Below, piece by piece: positions 14,401-27,500 of a DNA stretch of 64,000 nt. The stretch covers positions 12,710,001 through 12,774,000 of the forward strand of contig CM120642.1 of NCBI GenBank assembly GCA_051362555.1, read 5' to 3'. Source of the DNA: Lingula anatina (Eukaryota; Animalia; Brachiopoda). Each line of letters starts with the position of its first letter. Positions within the stretch are counted from its first letter, which is position 1. The notes beneath the pieces were generated by a model. That model did not search any database and was not told where the DNA came from. It saw only the letters and a list, made by a program, of their open reading frames with translations. The position numbers were made by a program, and so were the translations under genes.

Positions 14401-16869
14401 GGGGTTTATTGATCGTTCAAGGATACAGACAGGAAATGCGAATAAACAACGTATGAGGTAGATTGAGCGAGTCGCAAGGGGCATCAAACGGCACTTACAA
14501 TATCTCAAAGACATTTTGAATGGGAGTAAATCCTTCCGCCTCTCTATGGGACTCTATTCTTAGATTTGGATACCCAAGAGATGAAAGAAGATAGCTTCTC
14601 TAAACTTAATAAACGCGGGCTGAAGCAAACAAATTAAACATTATGGGGTTATTACCAACATTTCAGTTTGTGTCACAAGAGTAATGGAAGCATACTCGGT
14701 CACTGACGTGCTAAGCGTGATGGTTATTTCGATTTTAAAAGTTTTTCCATCAAAAAATTTAGTCGGTTTCGTGTATGTCATTCCATACGTATAGATCTAC
14801 TAGTCTGTCTACTTAGTGTGTTCTTCTACCAGCTAAATATAGTGTAAAACGTGGGCTTGCAATTGTCATTGCTACCCTGACCGCGAATAAAGAATGTATC
14901 GAAAAAAGGTGTGTAAATAATCTTTCGCGATAATTGTCTCTGCGATATGTGAAACACCATATCTGGACAATTTTTTACATATTTTCATGGTCGTAGCATC
15001 CTTAAGACCCCATCACCATGAAACGATACTCCTACGAAGTAAAGTATTGGTTGTCTCCTAGTAGTTTTTCCTGACTGGTGTCTTCCACTTTTCTAGCTGA
15101 TTAAATGTCAGTGTTTTCTTGGCATCATCCTTGACACTACCGTGGGTGTTTTTCTCGCAGCTCTCCAAGGACACAGTGATCAAAACATGAGATGATGATG
15201 GACTTTATCAAAGCACAAATCGAATGATATATACAATAACAGAATAATTGACCGAGTTTTACTGTCGATAACAAAACATTCGAAAACAATGCAAGCATGT
15301 AATTTAGTCGAAATAAGTGCACTAATATCCACAAATGTGATAAACTGAGTCCTACTATCACTTTGTTATTTAGAAATGTACAAATGAGGTGGTTGATTTA
15401 ATAGATGTAGCAATCTGTGATCAAAAAGATTACAGATTACTAATAGTGTGCAAAGCAAAGCGTGTGAGACCAAAAACTCATGCAATCTTTCAACAAATAC
15501 GATCTCTTAGGACATCCCAAAGACAGAGCTGTATGAAGGACAATTTTAATGAAACATTGCCCTATTCTGCACTAGATGCATAGAAAAGAAGAGCAAGCTA
15601 CTAAAAAAAAACGTCTATCTTTGATAGAGCACAGTTGAACGAAGGCTGGACTACCTGAGGTAAAATCCAAAAGCAACTTTTAATAAGTCCACACCAAGTG
15701 ATTGGATATATGTACAGATCACCGTACGTGATTTGTGGTCGCTTGTAACTCTTTTATTCACAAGTCATTCAACTCAGCGGTAGACCAAAGCAATTCATTA
15801 GTCATTAACTGCTGTAACGCTACACGAAAGGCGCAATCATAATTGTGCTCTTCGCGTGTATGTAAACACTAAGTATTTTACTAAATCACATCCAATTTGG
15901 CAAAACTACATAATAATTCTCAGTAAATTCATACTCTGTCCGTGATTTGCAAAATGGATCCTATATACAATTTATAACAGAAAACTGTGAAAAATACCAG
16001 ACAGACAAGCGGCGCCTCTCTGAAGGAGTGGACACATTAGCGCCTTGGTTACATCTGACGATCTATTTTATGCGGGGAAAAGTGTTATCTTTAGATGATC
16101 ATATCAGAGTAATTGGCCAAGGTAGTGCCAAACAACAAGGACCTCCAGAACACAGCAAATAAATAAACCAAAAATTAAAAATCATGCACTTTAACCATTT
16201 GCACTGAAAAACATTTCTTCCAATTGGTCTACTTTTTAAGGCAAGATTAAATTGATTTGGACAAACGGTTAATGGCAAAGAAGTAATTTCCATTACCAAA
16301 TGAAACAAATATGACAAAGAGGTTTAGGCATCATGGGATAACATAAACCGAGCACACACAAAGCAAACAGTTTCCCATTGTCTGAATCCAATCATTCGAA
16401 TGTCCCCGCAATCACAGAAAAAACACCACATTGCATGACAGTTTTGAAAAGCCACGCCTTGCATATCGATTTATGTTCTCAGATGTGGAAAAATCATTTT
16501 GTCAACTTGTCGCTCGTGTTATTATTTCCATGTTCTAGGGACATGACCCTACATGTATCATATATGGAGTGCAGTTGCGTGTCCTAAAAAACTTTCCCGG
16601 TCAGTGTTATTTTCAAAGCATAGAGTTTGATTGACTTTTAGAGGAGTAAAGTAGATGCTCTGGGTCTTTCGACACTCTTGGGTCCTAAACTAGAGAAAAT
16701 CAAGTAGCAATAAAGCCACAAAAAGCTTGGTCTGACATTGAAGTTATGACAGTGTTCTTCAACTCTTAAGGTTGCGTTTTTACAAGAAAGCGTGTCTTTT
16801 TACTAGGAACTAGTCATTGTAATCTGCAGCAGTATTTTCTCGTTGTGAAAGGCAGACAGAAATAGTGAC

Positions 16870-16913
<44 letters not shown>

Positions 16914-18037
16914 AAATAAACGAGAAATAGAGGTAGGCGATTTTACGTAATACAAGCGCAAGAACTGCTGACACGAGCTATTTCATTACAGCATTCCCTA
17001 AGACGTCAAGAACAGAATTGAAACAGATCAAACAAAAAAATTCTTTTGTTAAACCTTTTTTGTCATCGATTTTATATCACGAAATCTAAGCGTTCGCTGA
17101 AACCGCAGCTGAAAACGCTTACGTATTGCAATTTCTGAAGATCAATCTCAAATATCCATTATCGCTCAGGATAAAACATTGGGCTTTAAAAACTCCCCGG
17201 CAGACGACAGCGATGACACAACAATGATGTTCAGTTACGCTTCATACACGCAACTAAATTAACTTATCAATGTAATAAAAAATGAGTACAAAAGAAAGTA
17301 TCTGTTTGAAGACCGTCGCTCATATTCATGCGTTATCAATATGTAAAAGTCATCTATAATAATGCAATTTACTGTTGGTTAATTTTTTTTTTACTTTTTA
17401 TGAAACATGTCCAATCTCCACAACTCTGTTGACTACTACCAACAAGTCCGGATTGAAAGAAGACTCCTTTGAAAGAAGTTCCCTTGGGCCCCTCATGCAG
17501 AATGTCAGTAAACTGAAGCGGCATAGCAGCGTATCGCTCAATGCGGGTATGACATATTTTTTAATAAAATGAAAAAAAAGTGCACAGTAGATGTTGCGAC
17601 CTAATTCATTCTGAACCACCCTTTAGATGGTAAAATGAACGTCACCAGATGATCCACTAAGATGGGTTCTGCTAAGTTGGGTGGATCTAGCTTGCATGGA
17701 AATGAGCCTCATACGCATTTCCGATCTTGAAAGTGGAAACTACCAAACATGTGGCTTTAAAAAATTGAGGATATTTTGTAAATGTAGGAAATGCCTCTTT
17801 TTTTTTTTTTTTTTTTTTTGTTAAAGGCGAAAAGAAAACTTAGCCTCTAATGCATTCATACGTAAATCTACACCCTTGTTGTGCGACCTGAAAGAGAAAC
17901 GATAGTCATTTCATAAAATTCCAATCATATTCCACTTTCGATAAAACGGACATATTTTGCTTACATATTTTCAGTGTGATACCTTCAATTTAAGACTGTT
18001 TGTGGCTTGCCTTGCGGGTGTCATGTTTCATAACCAG

Positions 18038-18419
18038 TGACTCATCCCTAGCAGTGCAGCCTGTTCTGTGAAAAATGAAATAATTCCAGTTACACTAATA
18101 TAGCAACAACTTGCGGACGTGAATAATTCTTACAGTTCATTTTTTCAGTGTCAGCTCGAGGCTTTTAAACTTTTGGCCTTCATGTATCTGTTCTTAGTGA
18201 AATCTACACCAGAAAGGGGTCTTACTTTGCTAAAATATTTCCATTCGTTTATCATCAGAAATTGTGGCTGGTTTGTCATATTGGCTTTTAAGTGTTACAA
18301 GTTGAGCATTTTATAAATATTTAAGCCGTTCTATTAAACTGATTTCATTCACTGAGATTCCTCGGAGTTTGATCGATATACGTAGACCGATAGATTCAAT
18401 GAAAACTAGCCCATACTGT

Positions 18420-18474
<55 letters not shown>

Positions 18475-18982
18475 GTGAGTGGGGGTGCAAAGAAAATAAA
18501 ACCACTTTCTCTCAGATACGCAATTAATTTCTTTTTAAGCTCACTGACTCATTTCCAGGTATAAACTCTATCTTAATACCACTGAATTAGGGAAACTCCA
18601 GGAAATAATGCGCAGAATTTGATTCAATTGAGTTCTCTCCATGTTTTTCACCTCTGGGTGAATTACCCGGAAAATACGATTAGAGTTCTCGGACGCCGCT
18701 CTGCCCTATTGAACGCGACTCGGAGAATCCCAGGTAACTAACTTTGAACTGTATCATGAGTCACTCCGGTAGATTTAATTACTTTCCCTGCAGGATTTTA
18801 AAAACATTTACCTGTACATGAGCAGAGCTAAAGGTCGTTTTTTTTTCTTCCGAAAGATACTGTCTAAGATTCTGGTTCATGTTTTGATGGGTTAGATTCA
18901 GAGTTTGCCTGGGAATTAGAATGTATTTCACTGAAATGAGTCAGAAACATTTCCGAAGTTCAAAATTTGGAAAAGTGACTCA
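18038..18982. promoter_or_regulatory. Putative enhancer: AP-1 and NF-kB site cluster
   Basis: Perfect TGASTCA at 18038, 18545, 18757, 18937 and 18976. GGGRNWYYCC matches at 18590 (GGGAAACTCC) and 18722 (GGGATTCTCC on the minus strand). Confidence 0.5.
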
Positions 18983-19399
18983 TCTTTATTCACACGAGAA
19001 CACCTTTAAACACTACTTACACAAACGTTTAATATAACACAGTGTAGAAGCTGATGCCAGTTATTATATGAGCTCACCTCAACCATGATTTCTGAAATAT
19101 TTTATTTGACACCAACTTCTTGCACATTGGGTACATTTGTCAAAGTTTAAAGTATTTTTCTTGTTTAAATCTGTTTTCGTCGTAAACCAAACTTAAATTG
19201 TCCGACTCTTGCCCAAATATAGTAGTAGTGGATGGATTAAAGGTGATTTTAGATACAGACAGAGTTAAGAAAATTTAACATACAGAACGATTTAAGACTA
19301 AAGTTTTAGACACAGAAAAAAAAAACAACACTAACATGACCTTGGATTAAAGAAATCAGTGAGTGGGGAATAATGATGAAAAAAAAAGAAAACGGTCAC

Positions 19400-19540
19400 C
19401 TGTATTTGATACTTGTAAACAAAATGGAAAGAGAAGTTTAAAAAGTCGAAAGATGTGAAAGCAAAATGGATATGTTCTTCAATGTGCTGAACCTATCCTG
19501 AAAGCGGTATGCACATTGGCATTTTATACAAGTACATGTA
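19400..19540 (+). mobile_element. Possible highly decayed piggyBac-like transposase fragment
   Basis: Frameshifted translation gives KW..MFFNVLNLS...YAH..ILYK, resembling the piggyBac C-terminal KWxxxxFFxxLNxxxxNAxILY pattern. Short and broken. Confidence 0.2.
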
Positions 19541-19994
19541 GAGTCCTGCAATATCACTGCTTCTTGTACAGAGATCCATTGGGATTCAACCTTAACATCC
19601 AGTTTTTACACTTATCTTTTGTGGCTGACCATACAACATTTCCAAGGAGGGATATTGATCAGATTTTCGTTTGTAAGTAGACAATAAAGAACATCTTCAA
19701 TCTGTCGGGGAAGGGGGGATCTGAGACAACTGTTCGCCTACGCAACATAAGTACATGCAGCAAGCTGCGCTAGACTCTACAGACTCTGTTTCGGTGCTAT
19801 GGGGTGTAAAAATATACAGATAAAAATGAGGCCGATTTGGGGGGGGGGGGGGGTTGCACGTCAAAATTTCGTGTCTAGCAATCTCTGCTACAGTCCAGGT
19901 AAGTTACGCAGTTTCGACAACCGAGGACAAGTTCTGCAATGAATAAATGACATTCAATCACGAATCATGTGTTCTTTAAGTCTTTTAGCATAAA

Positions 19995-21520
19995 CCACAC
20001 TTTTCCTACAAATCCACCATGGCTTTCTGAGCAATTTGTTAATGTTTTACGTTCTGATCCTGATGAATTAATCAGATAAAAATGAAACGCATCGTAGATT
20101 AATGACTGCAGTGCTACATTCACAGAAGACCTAAATAATACCTTTCCTAAAAATTCACCGTGGCTTTCTAAGTAACCCGTTTATATCCTTTTTCTGTTCT
20201 TGTCTAATAATTAGATAAAGATCAAACGCGGCGGTGCTTTATGGTTGGAGTGTTACATTCACAGTAGATCATATACTCGATATTCTTGGAATAGTAAATT
20301 TAGACGCTTAATTACGACTCGCCTCAGGTTAAAGAGTTGAGTTATGGCTTGTTTAGACGGACAGTCGATTCTTTTTATCACTGGTTGATTTCTCACTAAC
20401 CTTTGAGACGGAATATTACCCCCCCCCCCCCCAATCCACCACGCCTGCTGTATCTCCCAGAAAATAATAATAACAACAAATAACAACATAAACCACAATG
20501 ACAATAGTGATAACGCTCAGAACAACAATAACAACAACATTTACGTTCCTTTTCATTACATTGGACAAAAGCATGATAAGTCTATTAATTCAGCTTTCAG
20601 CATTCAATTCTTGAATAGATACAATTTTCCTGGAACAACAACAATTACGACGCTTCAAAGTATTTGCTGCCTTCTCCGGTACAAGACAATTACTCTGTTA
20701 ATACGCATCAGATTGCAATATCACAGATACAAAGAGAAACTAGCATACTTAACTATGCAGCACGATTTATTGTTCCCTTGTAATAAGAAATGTCGTCACT
20801 GCACCTCCGAAGAGTGACATCCAGGGTTGTAGGGTCGTTTTCATTAAAACTGTTGTGAGACAATCTCTATTAAGAACAGTTTTATTACCAACGTTGGTAA
20901 TGAATGGAATGTATTTAAATCAGACATGGGGACCCAGGTGGACGGCAGGATCAAGTTGTTGTTTGTTAATTCATTTAAAACGAGATGTTTTATGTTATCT
21001 TGGGATTTTTTCGAGCACTTACAGCAGATGGAAGTAAAGCGCGCCACAAGTTAATGTTTACAGTGCTACATTCACAGAAGACAGAAAATGTACCTTTCTT
21101 AAAATGTTTCGAGGCGTTCTAAGTAGTCTGTTGATGTTTTTTCTGCTCCAGTTTGATAAACGAGTTAAAAATAAAACGCGTCGGAGTTCAATGATTGGAT
21201 TGTAACATTCACAGAAGACCAGTCGATCCTCTTGGAATACCTAATTTAGACGCTTAATTTTGATCTACTTTTGATTAAGGGATTGAGAAATGGCTTGTTA
21301 GTTAATTATTGTTATCATGGGGTGATTTCTCACTAACCTTTGAGTCGAAAAACATGTTTATCAGGGGTGAAACCCTTCACAGCCGTCATGCTTGCTGCAT
21401 TTTCCATAAAAATAGAGATAACATAAAAACAACAGCGATAACAATACCAACATAAACAAAGACGAGAGCAATGATGACAGCAGAAAAGACAACGACAGCA
21501 CCAACGTTCATTTTCATTGA
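19995..21520. repeat. Nested diverged repeat: ~140-bp units within a ~950-bp duplication
   Basis: ACATTCACAG(A/T)AGA core recurs at ~20116, 20255, 21068 and 21205. AATTTAGACGCTTAATT and GATTTCTCACTAACCTTTGAG each occur twice, ~940 bp apart. Confidence 0.8.
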
Positions 21521-24500
21521 AATTCGCAAAGAGTATGAACAGCCCTTCAACTGCGCTGGGATATTCACATTTTTCTTGGTTAGGTGGAATCAAAACGAGC
21601 TACATACTGTACTACATGTACCCCCATCTTAAGGATTCAGTCTGTCCAAATTTGCGTACAATTTCTCAGCCCCAAAGATTTTTTTGATGCCTTAACTTCT
21701 GTTGGCATCCAGGGACGCAGAATTTCAACTGATCTTTATCTCGGCCAAACCAAAAAGTATGTGGGCGAAAGCTCAACTGAACGTTATTCGTGTAGTATAC
21801 CCTCTACCCGGGCCGCAGTTTAATTGCGTGCACTTTTCTCCAGCTCGTCACAGTCTAGAAAAGTGCCATGAATTAACCACAGACATTTCTGTATATTTCT
21901 AGTGAAAAATCAATCTGTGGCCCTGGTAGAGGATAACAGAACGTTACCCATGTACCTAGCGCTTCAGCTAACAGTTCGCCGTGTGCGTCGGACTTAATTT
22001 CTTGCATGTAACCCAGCTCATATAGTTTCACTTTATTTTTCAAATATTAGAGATTTTTGTGCCGCTGATTAACGTCACTGGTAACTATGTTGAAGTGATA
22101 TCATGCAGTCTTGAATCCAGAGTACGCAAAGTTTGTTTACCCCCAATTAAATTGTTTTTGAAGATCCCTAAAAGACAAGCGCACTCAAACGAAGGATAAT
22201 ATCACCTTAGGCGCTTAAAGCAGTCATTAAAGTAGGTTAATATACCTGGCGGTGCAGATAATGGCGACCTCTTAATCATGCAGTCTATACTTAAGTGAAA
22301 AACAACAACCAAAATAAAACCATCAGGGTGAATATACCGGTAGAAAATGTGTGTGTCTACGTGAACACACACCCAAGCGCTTGACAGCACAAATGCGTAC
22401 GCAACGCGCAAACAAACGTTCAAAAGGCAGGAATACGCAGACACTGAGTTGAATTTTATGCATGGCCTTGTCAAATACCCACAATTGATCTACTGTTTGG
22501 AAAAAATTAACCACAAGTGACCAGTTGACAGTATATGTGAGAAATCCATACCATATCCTCCCCACACGAACAGAGCCAAAAAAGGCCGACTGGATGTGAA
22601 GCGGGTTTTTAAATTATACTGTCAACTTTCTTTGTTTGTAATAAAACCATTGTGAATTGTGAAGGATTATTTTCATCTACCCGTGCACGTGTAGAAATGC
22701 ACGTGAACATACAAAGGCACTTATGTATGTGCAAGTCACCCGTCAAAAGTCATACCTATCGGAAGGCGACTCCGGAAATTACAGTGTATTTGAACTCGGG
22801 ACTTCTTAGTGCCTTATAATCGTTGTGTCCTTGTTCAATAATCAATACCGCTGTTGAAACATACAAGGCCTATAAACTCCTCAGTGTCGATTAATAAATG
22901 CCATTATCTTTTATTTCGTTTTAACGTACATTGCATGTCCGTCTGATAATCCCCAAACTTTATTTTTTGGTAGATAACATTACTACTGTTGCTTGTACTA
23001 ACGTTACTGACTGGTTGGTTGTTCATTTATTCAATACATAAGTACTTTTTTAAAATACTAATAACAGATTTATTCCCAGCTTGAGTACAATGTAAAGTGC
23101 TCGTTCTCGATCGATGATGATGAGATCTTGTGTTAATAGCACTTCTAAGTGAATTTGTAAACCTCCCCAACGCCGATTTTAAAGAAGACAGTAATTCAGC
23201 CCATCGGATTGACGATGTATTTTACTGTATAAATCTCAATACAGTAATAATGGGATCTCTTCATTGCATTGATTCTTCGCCTGCAAAGTTAGATATAGAT
23301 ATCTACGTGTGTATATAGCTATCAATAACAATATATATTGTTAACACGGAGTTAATTATTAAACTGAACATTTGTTGCCAGCTCCACCAGGATTCACACA
23401 CAGACTATACGACCCTGGAAACACCTCCGCAAAAATAACGTTAAAATAAATATTCTAATTGCTTATTCGTGTCTGGAAATGCAGAACAGGCTTCCCGCCG
23501 ATGTTTTGATATTGCCGGTGCACTAATAAAAGTTAGAGAAAAAATAGAGGTGAATGCCTTCTTTTCTACCTAAAAAGGCAAGAAGAATGGAATCAAGCAA
23601 AAAGCGGGGCTGGCCAAAATGTTGTACTTTGGAGTTGATGAATAACTAAATCCAAAGGAATTCGATTGTTCAGAGATGTAAATTCAAGGTGTAATGTATC
23701 AAGGATTCATCATTGGATCCATCATTGACCCAAGATATACGAAGAAAAGGGGCCACCATAGGTCAACTGAATGTTTATACATACAATGTAAAATAAATGA
23801 TAGTTGAATATAAATTAAGGAATAAATAATTAAATAAAGAATTAACTCAACTGAACATGGGACGAGTCAAAGAGAAAACTATTTGAAATAAGAAGTAGTA
23901 TAAGAGAAAGAAAAACACCAAAAAACACAACCACAAACAAAAGATGATTTACAAGAGATGTTAGACTAATGGTGTGGTGATGGGTCAGGGACACTCTTTA
24001 CAACAGGGTCCAGGCACCGGGACCTTGATGACTTCAAACTAATGGAGGTCACCAAACTCACGTGCCGTTCACAGAGTTTCACACGTGAGAGCCAACACCT
24101 TACTCACCGCAAACTGACAGACTGAAAGGTTAACTTGAATGATTACTGGGGAAAGATCGTATAAATCTTGTAATTTAGGCATATTTTAGGCGGCGTGTCA
24201 GGATACAGCTTCGTCTTCTTGATTGATTGTTTTGTTCTCAAACGATTCACGGAGACGGTAGAATGGAGGGGAAATTTTCTAAGAAACCTACAATTAAGTG
24301 TATAGTGGTATCCTTTTCAGTTGGAAAAAAGAATAATGGAACATTCATGTCAATGTCATTTGTTTTGATTATATCTAGACGTAAAGATAAACTGCTGCTT
24401 AAAGAGATCGCCCAATAAAGTAATATCGGATATTTGATCGACAAAGTAGATAGGAAGATTTAGGTCACGCGAAAGATGCTGAAAAAAATAAAACGTGATC

Positions 24501-27500
24501 ATTTCGGAGAGATTAGAGTGCAAAATCCCTTGCATTTGTCAGAAAAGAAGAGATAAGGCGAATAAACGTTTGAAACTCTACCCCTTCACTATAAACACGC
24601 GTAAAAGTTGACAGATGAATGAAAATATATTTGAAGCAATACCTGTGTCTAAACTGGACTCATTTTTAGCATCTGTACCGAAGAGTGGCATCACAGTTTT
24701 TGTAGTTGTGCTGGTGGTGGCGGCAGTGGTGGTGTGAAAGACATATAGAGCCCAAAGAGGAAGGGTGTGAACAGTCAAGGATATGGGATTTTTGTAGAAT
24801 TATTTTCAGTTACCATTTCACCCTTGATTCCGGCTTAATGCATACCGACACCGTGTATAATCTTTTTTTTTAACGTATCAAGCAGCATTGATATTTCCTT
24901 TGATTTTTAATTGCCCCTCAACACACCCCTTGTCCTAAGAAAATCAATATTTTGCGTTAGCGAGCAAAGCTGAACTTATGGTTTCACCTTAACGTAATGG
25001 AAAGCAATCTGTCAAATCTGATTATTTGCATTGAGCAGTGGAAGCAGACAACATTAGATCTTTGCCTCGTTGCCGTAGAAGAGAGAGGTTACAGTTTGAT
25101 CCAAAGATTTAGATGGATGAGAAGTGGAAAATACCCACACTCTCAGTGGATAGCCATTAGTCTCAACCCTGCATCCGCATTCGTAAGGCAAAGTAGGTAG
25201 CTTTCACATTTGCTTTCAAGAGTTTCATTTGACGATGATTCAAACTTCCAGTTATCGACTGGAGGAATACCTTGTTTCATTTGTGTTATGGTTTTCTACA
25301 TAATAAAGGCCATCAGAGTAGGCTGTTGAGGGCGAATTTGTTTTATCGTTGTTGTTGTTGTTGTTTTTGTAGGCATCCATTTTCAGCGGGGTGTTGTTTT
25401 TGCACTGTCTGTGTCTTCTGCGATCGGGTGTTATAGGGCTTCAACGTGAGTTGAATCCACGAAACCAGACATATAGTGTCACTTTTCTCCCTTTTCATAA
25501 GAAAAATCCTTTCGGCTCCTCAAGTCAGCAAGGAGCACATTACAAAGACGAGCCCCCGTATGACAAATGATTGTTCCAAAACAAATTTAGCATTTTTTTT
25601 CTGCGGGGAATGGCACTAACAGATCACTAACAGGCCTTAAATGATTAATGTTACAGATAGGCCCCTTTATTTTGAGATAAAATCTAGAAAAAAGAATTTC
25701 GTAAATTTTAATTTCTAAATAATCATGACGTCACTAAATAGTCGTGTGATTCGAACTAGTGGCCCTATGTGGGGAAATTCTTTACCGACAGCGTTTTGGT
25801 TGTGCATGGCAGATAACATTTTTATCCTATGTTTGTTAAGTCCTAGTCCCAACTCCCGCATGGTAAGACCCAGAGATAAATTATTAAGTGCTCACGCTCA
25901 CGAGATAAGAGAAAAGGGCCTCAGATAGTCAGCACACCTTCTTCCACATTGAAAAGCTATTATTCACATAAGGACTGGGGAGGTCTAGGCACCAAATACC
26001 AACCATTATATGATAATGTGAAAGATTACTACCCTGGGAAGCTTGACTGGACAGACTGAACTATAGAAGCGTGGCTCCATAGCCTTTTCAGGTTACGTGG
26101 ACAGTGCATGTGACTTGCTATGGCATACAGTTTGTACCTTATAACTAACCCCCCCCCCCTCCTCCCGATCGCGTTTATGTCAAGATAGCTTTATTACACC
26201 TTATTATCTGATTTGAATGTTACGTGTCAAAAATGTAAGAGTAGAGGAACAAGGAATATCTCCCCCAATATTTTATAGGTGATTTATGTGGATTAAATCA
26301 TGTATATTGTCTTAGATACGTGGTGTTTGAGTTTGTATCCAGGGTCGCTCAGGATATCGCGACTCTGGTATGAAGATGTAATAACCTGGGATTATAGCTC
26401 TTTGGGAGCGATTAATGCAGACAGACAGGTGGCAATTATTTCTCTCTAGTACCCACCCACTTGTTGGCTTCTAGCCTTCGGTGTAACACACGCAGGGGGT
26501 ATCGGCTCATCCACATACCTGGCAGCGTTGGATATGTTGATATGATTAGATTTTCATAAATTCCAATAGTTATTTAGTCATAATGCATAGATGCATACCT
26601 AGGAGTATTAAGTTAATCTTGTCAAAATCAAGATATATGTTTACCGAGATCTTACCCAAAGGGGTAACGCACTTACTTCACAGGCCTGCTTAACAAATTG
26701 GTTAATTCGAAACTAAAATCTCATGGTTCTTACCTCAATGCCGAAAATTTTAATCTACCACGAGAAAGGGAAGCCTTTTTTTACAGAAAGTAATAAATGG
26801 ATGACGCGATGTTTAAAAACATATGCCTTTTGGTCTTAAAAGTTAGTCCAACTTTCGGCCTATGTTCTTTTGTGAGAAAAAAAAAAAAAAAAAAAAAACA
26901 GTTAACTAAACATGATTCAATCCTATACAAATAATGGGTTGCATCCTGTAGGGCTTGAAGATGTTGGGAGAAGAGGTTATGGTTATTGTCCCTTTTTCCT
27001 TTTCGAACTTAAGATTTAAAACAATGCCTTAGATATGGGAAGACTGGTAATTACCCAAGAAGTTAGGAAAGCCAGTTTGTTGTTTCTCCCACACACTCTG
27101 GCTACAGGTTTATCGACCGAATGAAGTCGTATCAAAATCAGCGCCTCATGATACACGATCTTATGATAAAACAATTTAGGGAATGGAAATCAATAAGAAA
27201 ATCTGTGAAACTGACAAACACTCATTATTTGTTTCCCTTATCATTTCCGGTCATGTGACACCAGTATCTAAATAAACGAAAAATACAACTCAGGCTTTTA
27301 ATCTGGAGGCGCAATATACCGAAAGAGAGAGAATTCGACAAAAATGGGCAGTATGAAAAATACCAAGACAGTCTTCAGACCATTTTCCGAAGCCGTAGTT
27401 TCAAAGGTGCCTGTGACGTCAGTTTGTCTTATGTTATCAGTATCAAATCGTTATACGGACGACGGGTCTAGTTCTCGTTCGTAGACACGGAAGAAGAGTA

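Noticed and set aside
19995-21520. CRISPR-like array of recurring ACATTCACAG cores
   Set aside because: The intervening sequences are homologous to each other, the context is eukaryotic, and there are no cas genes.
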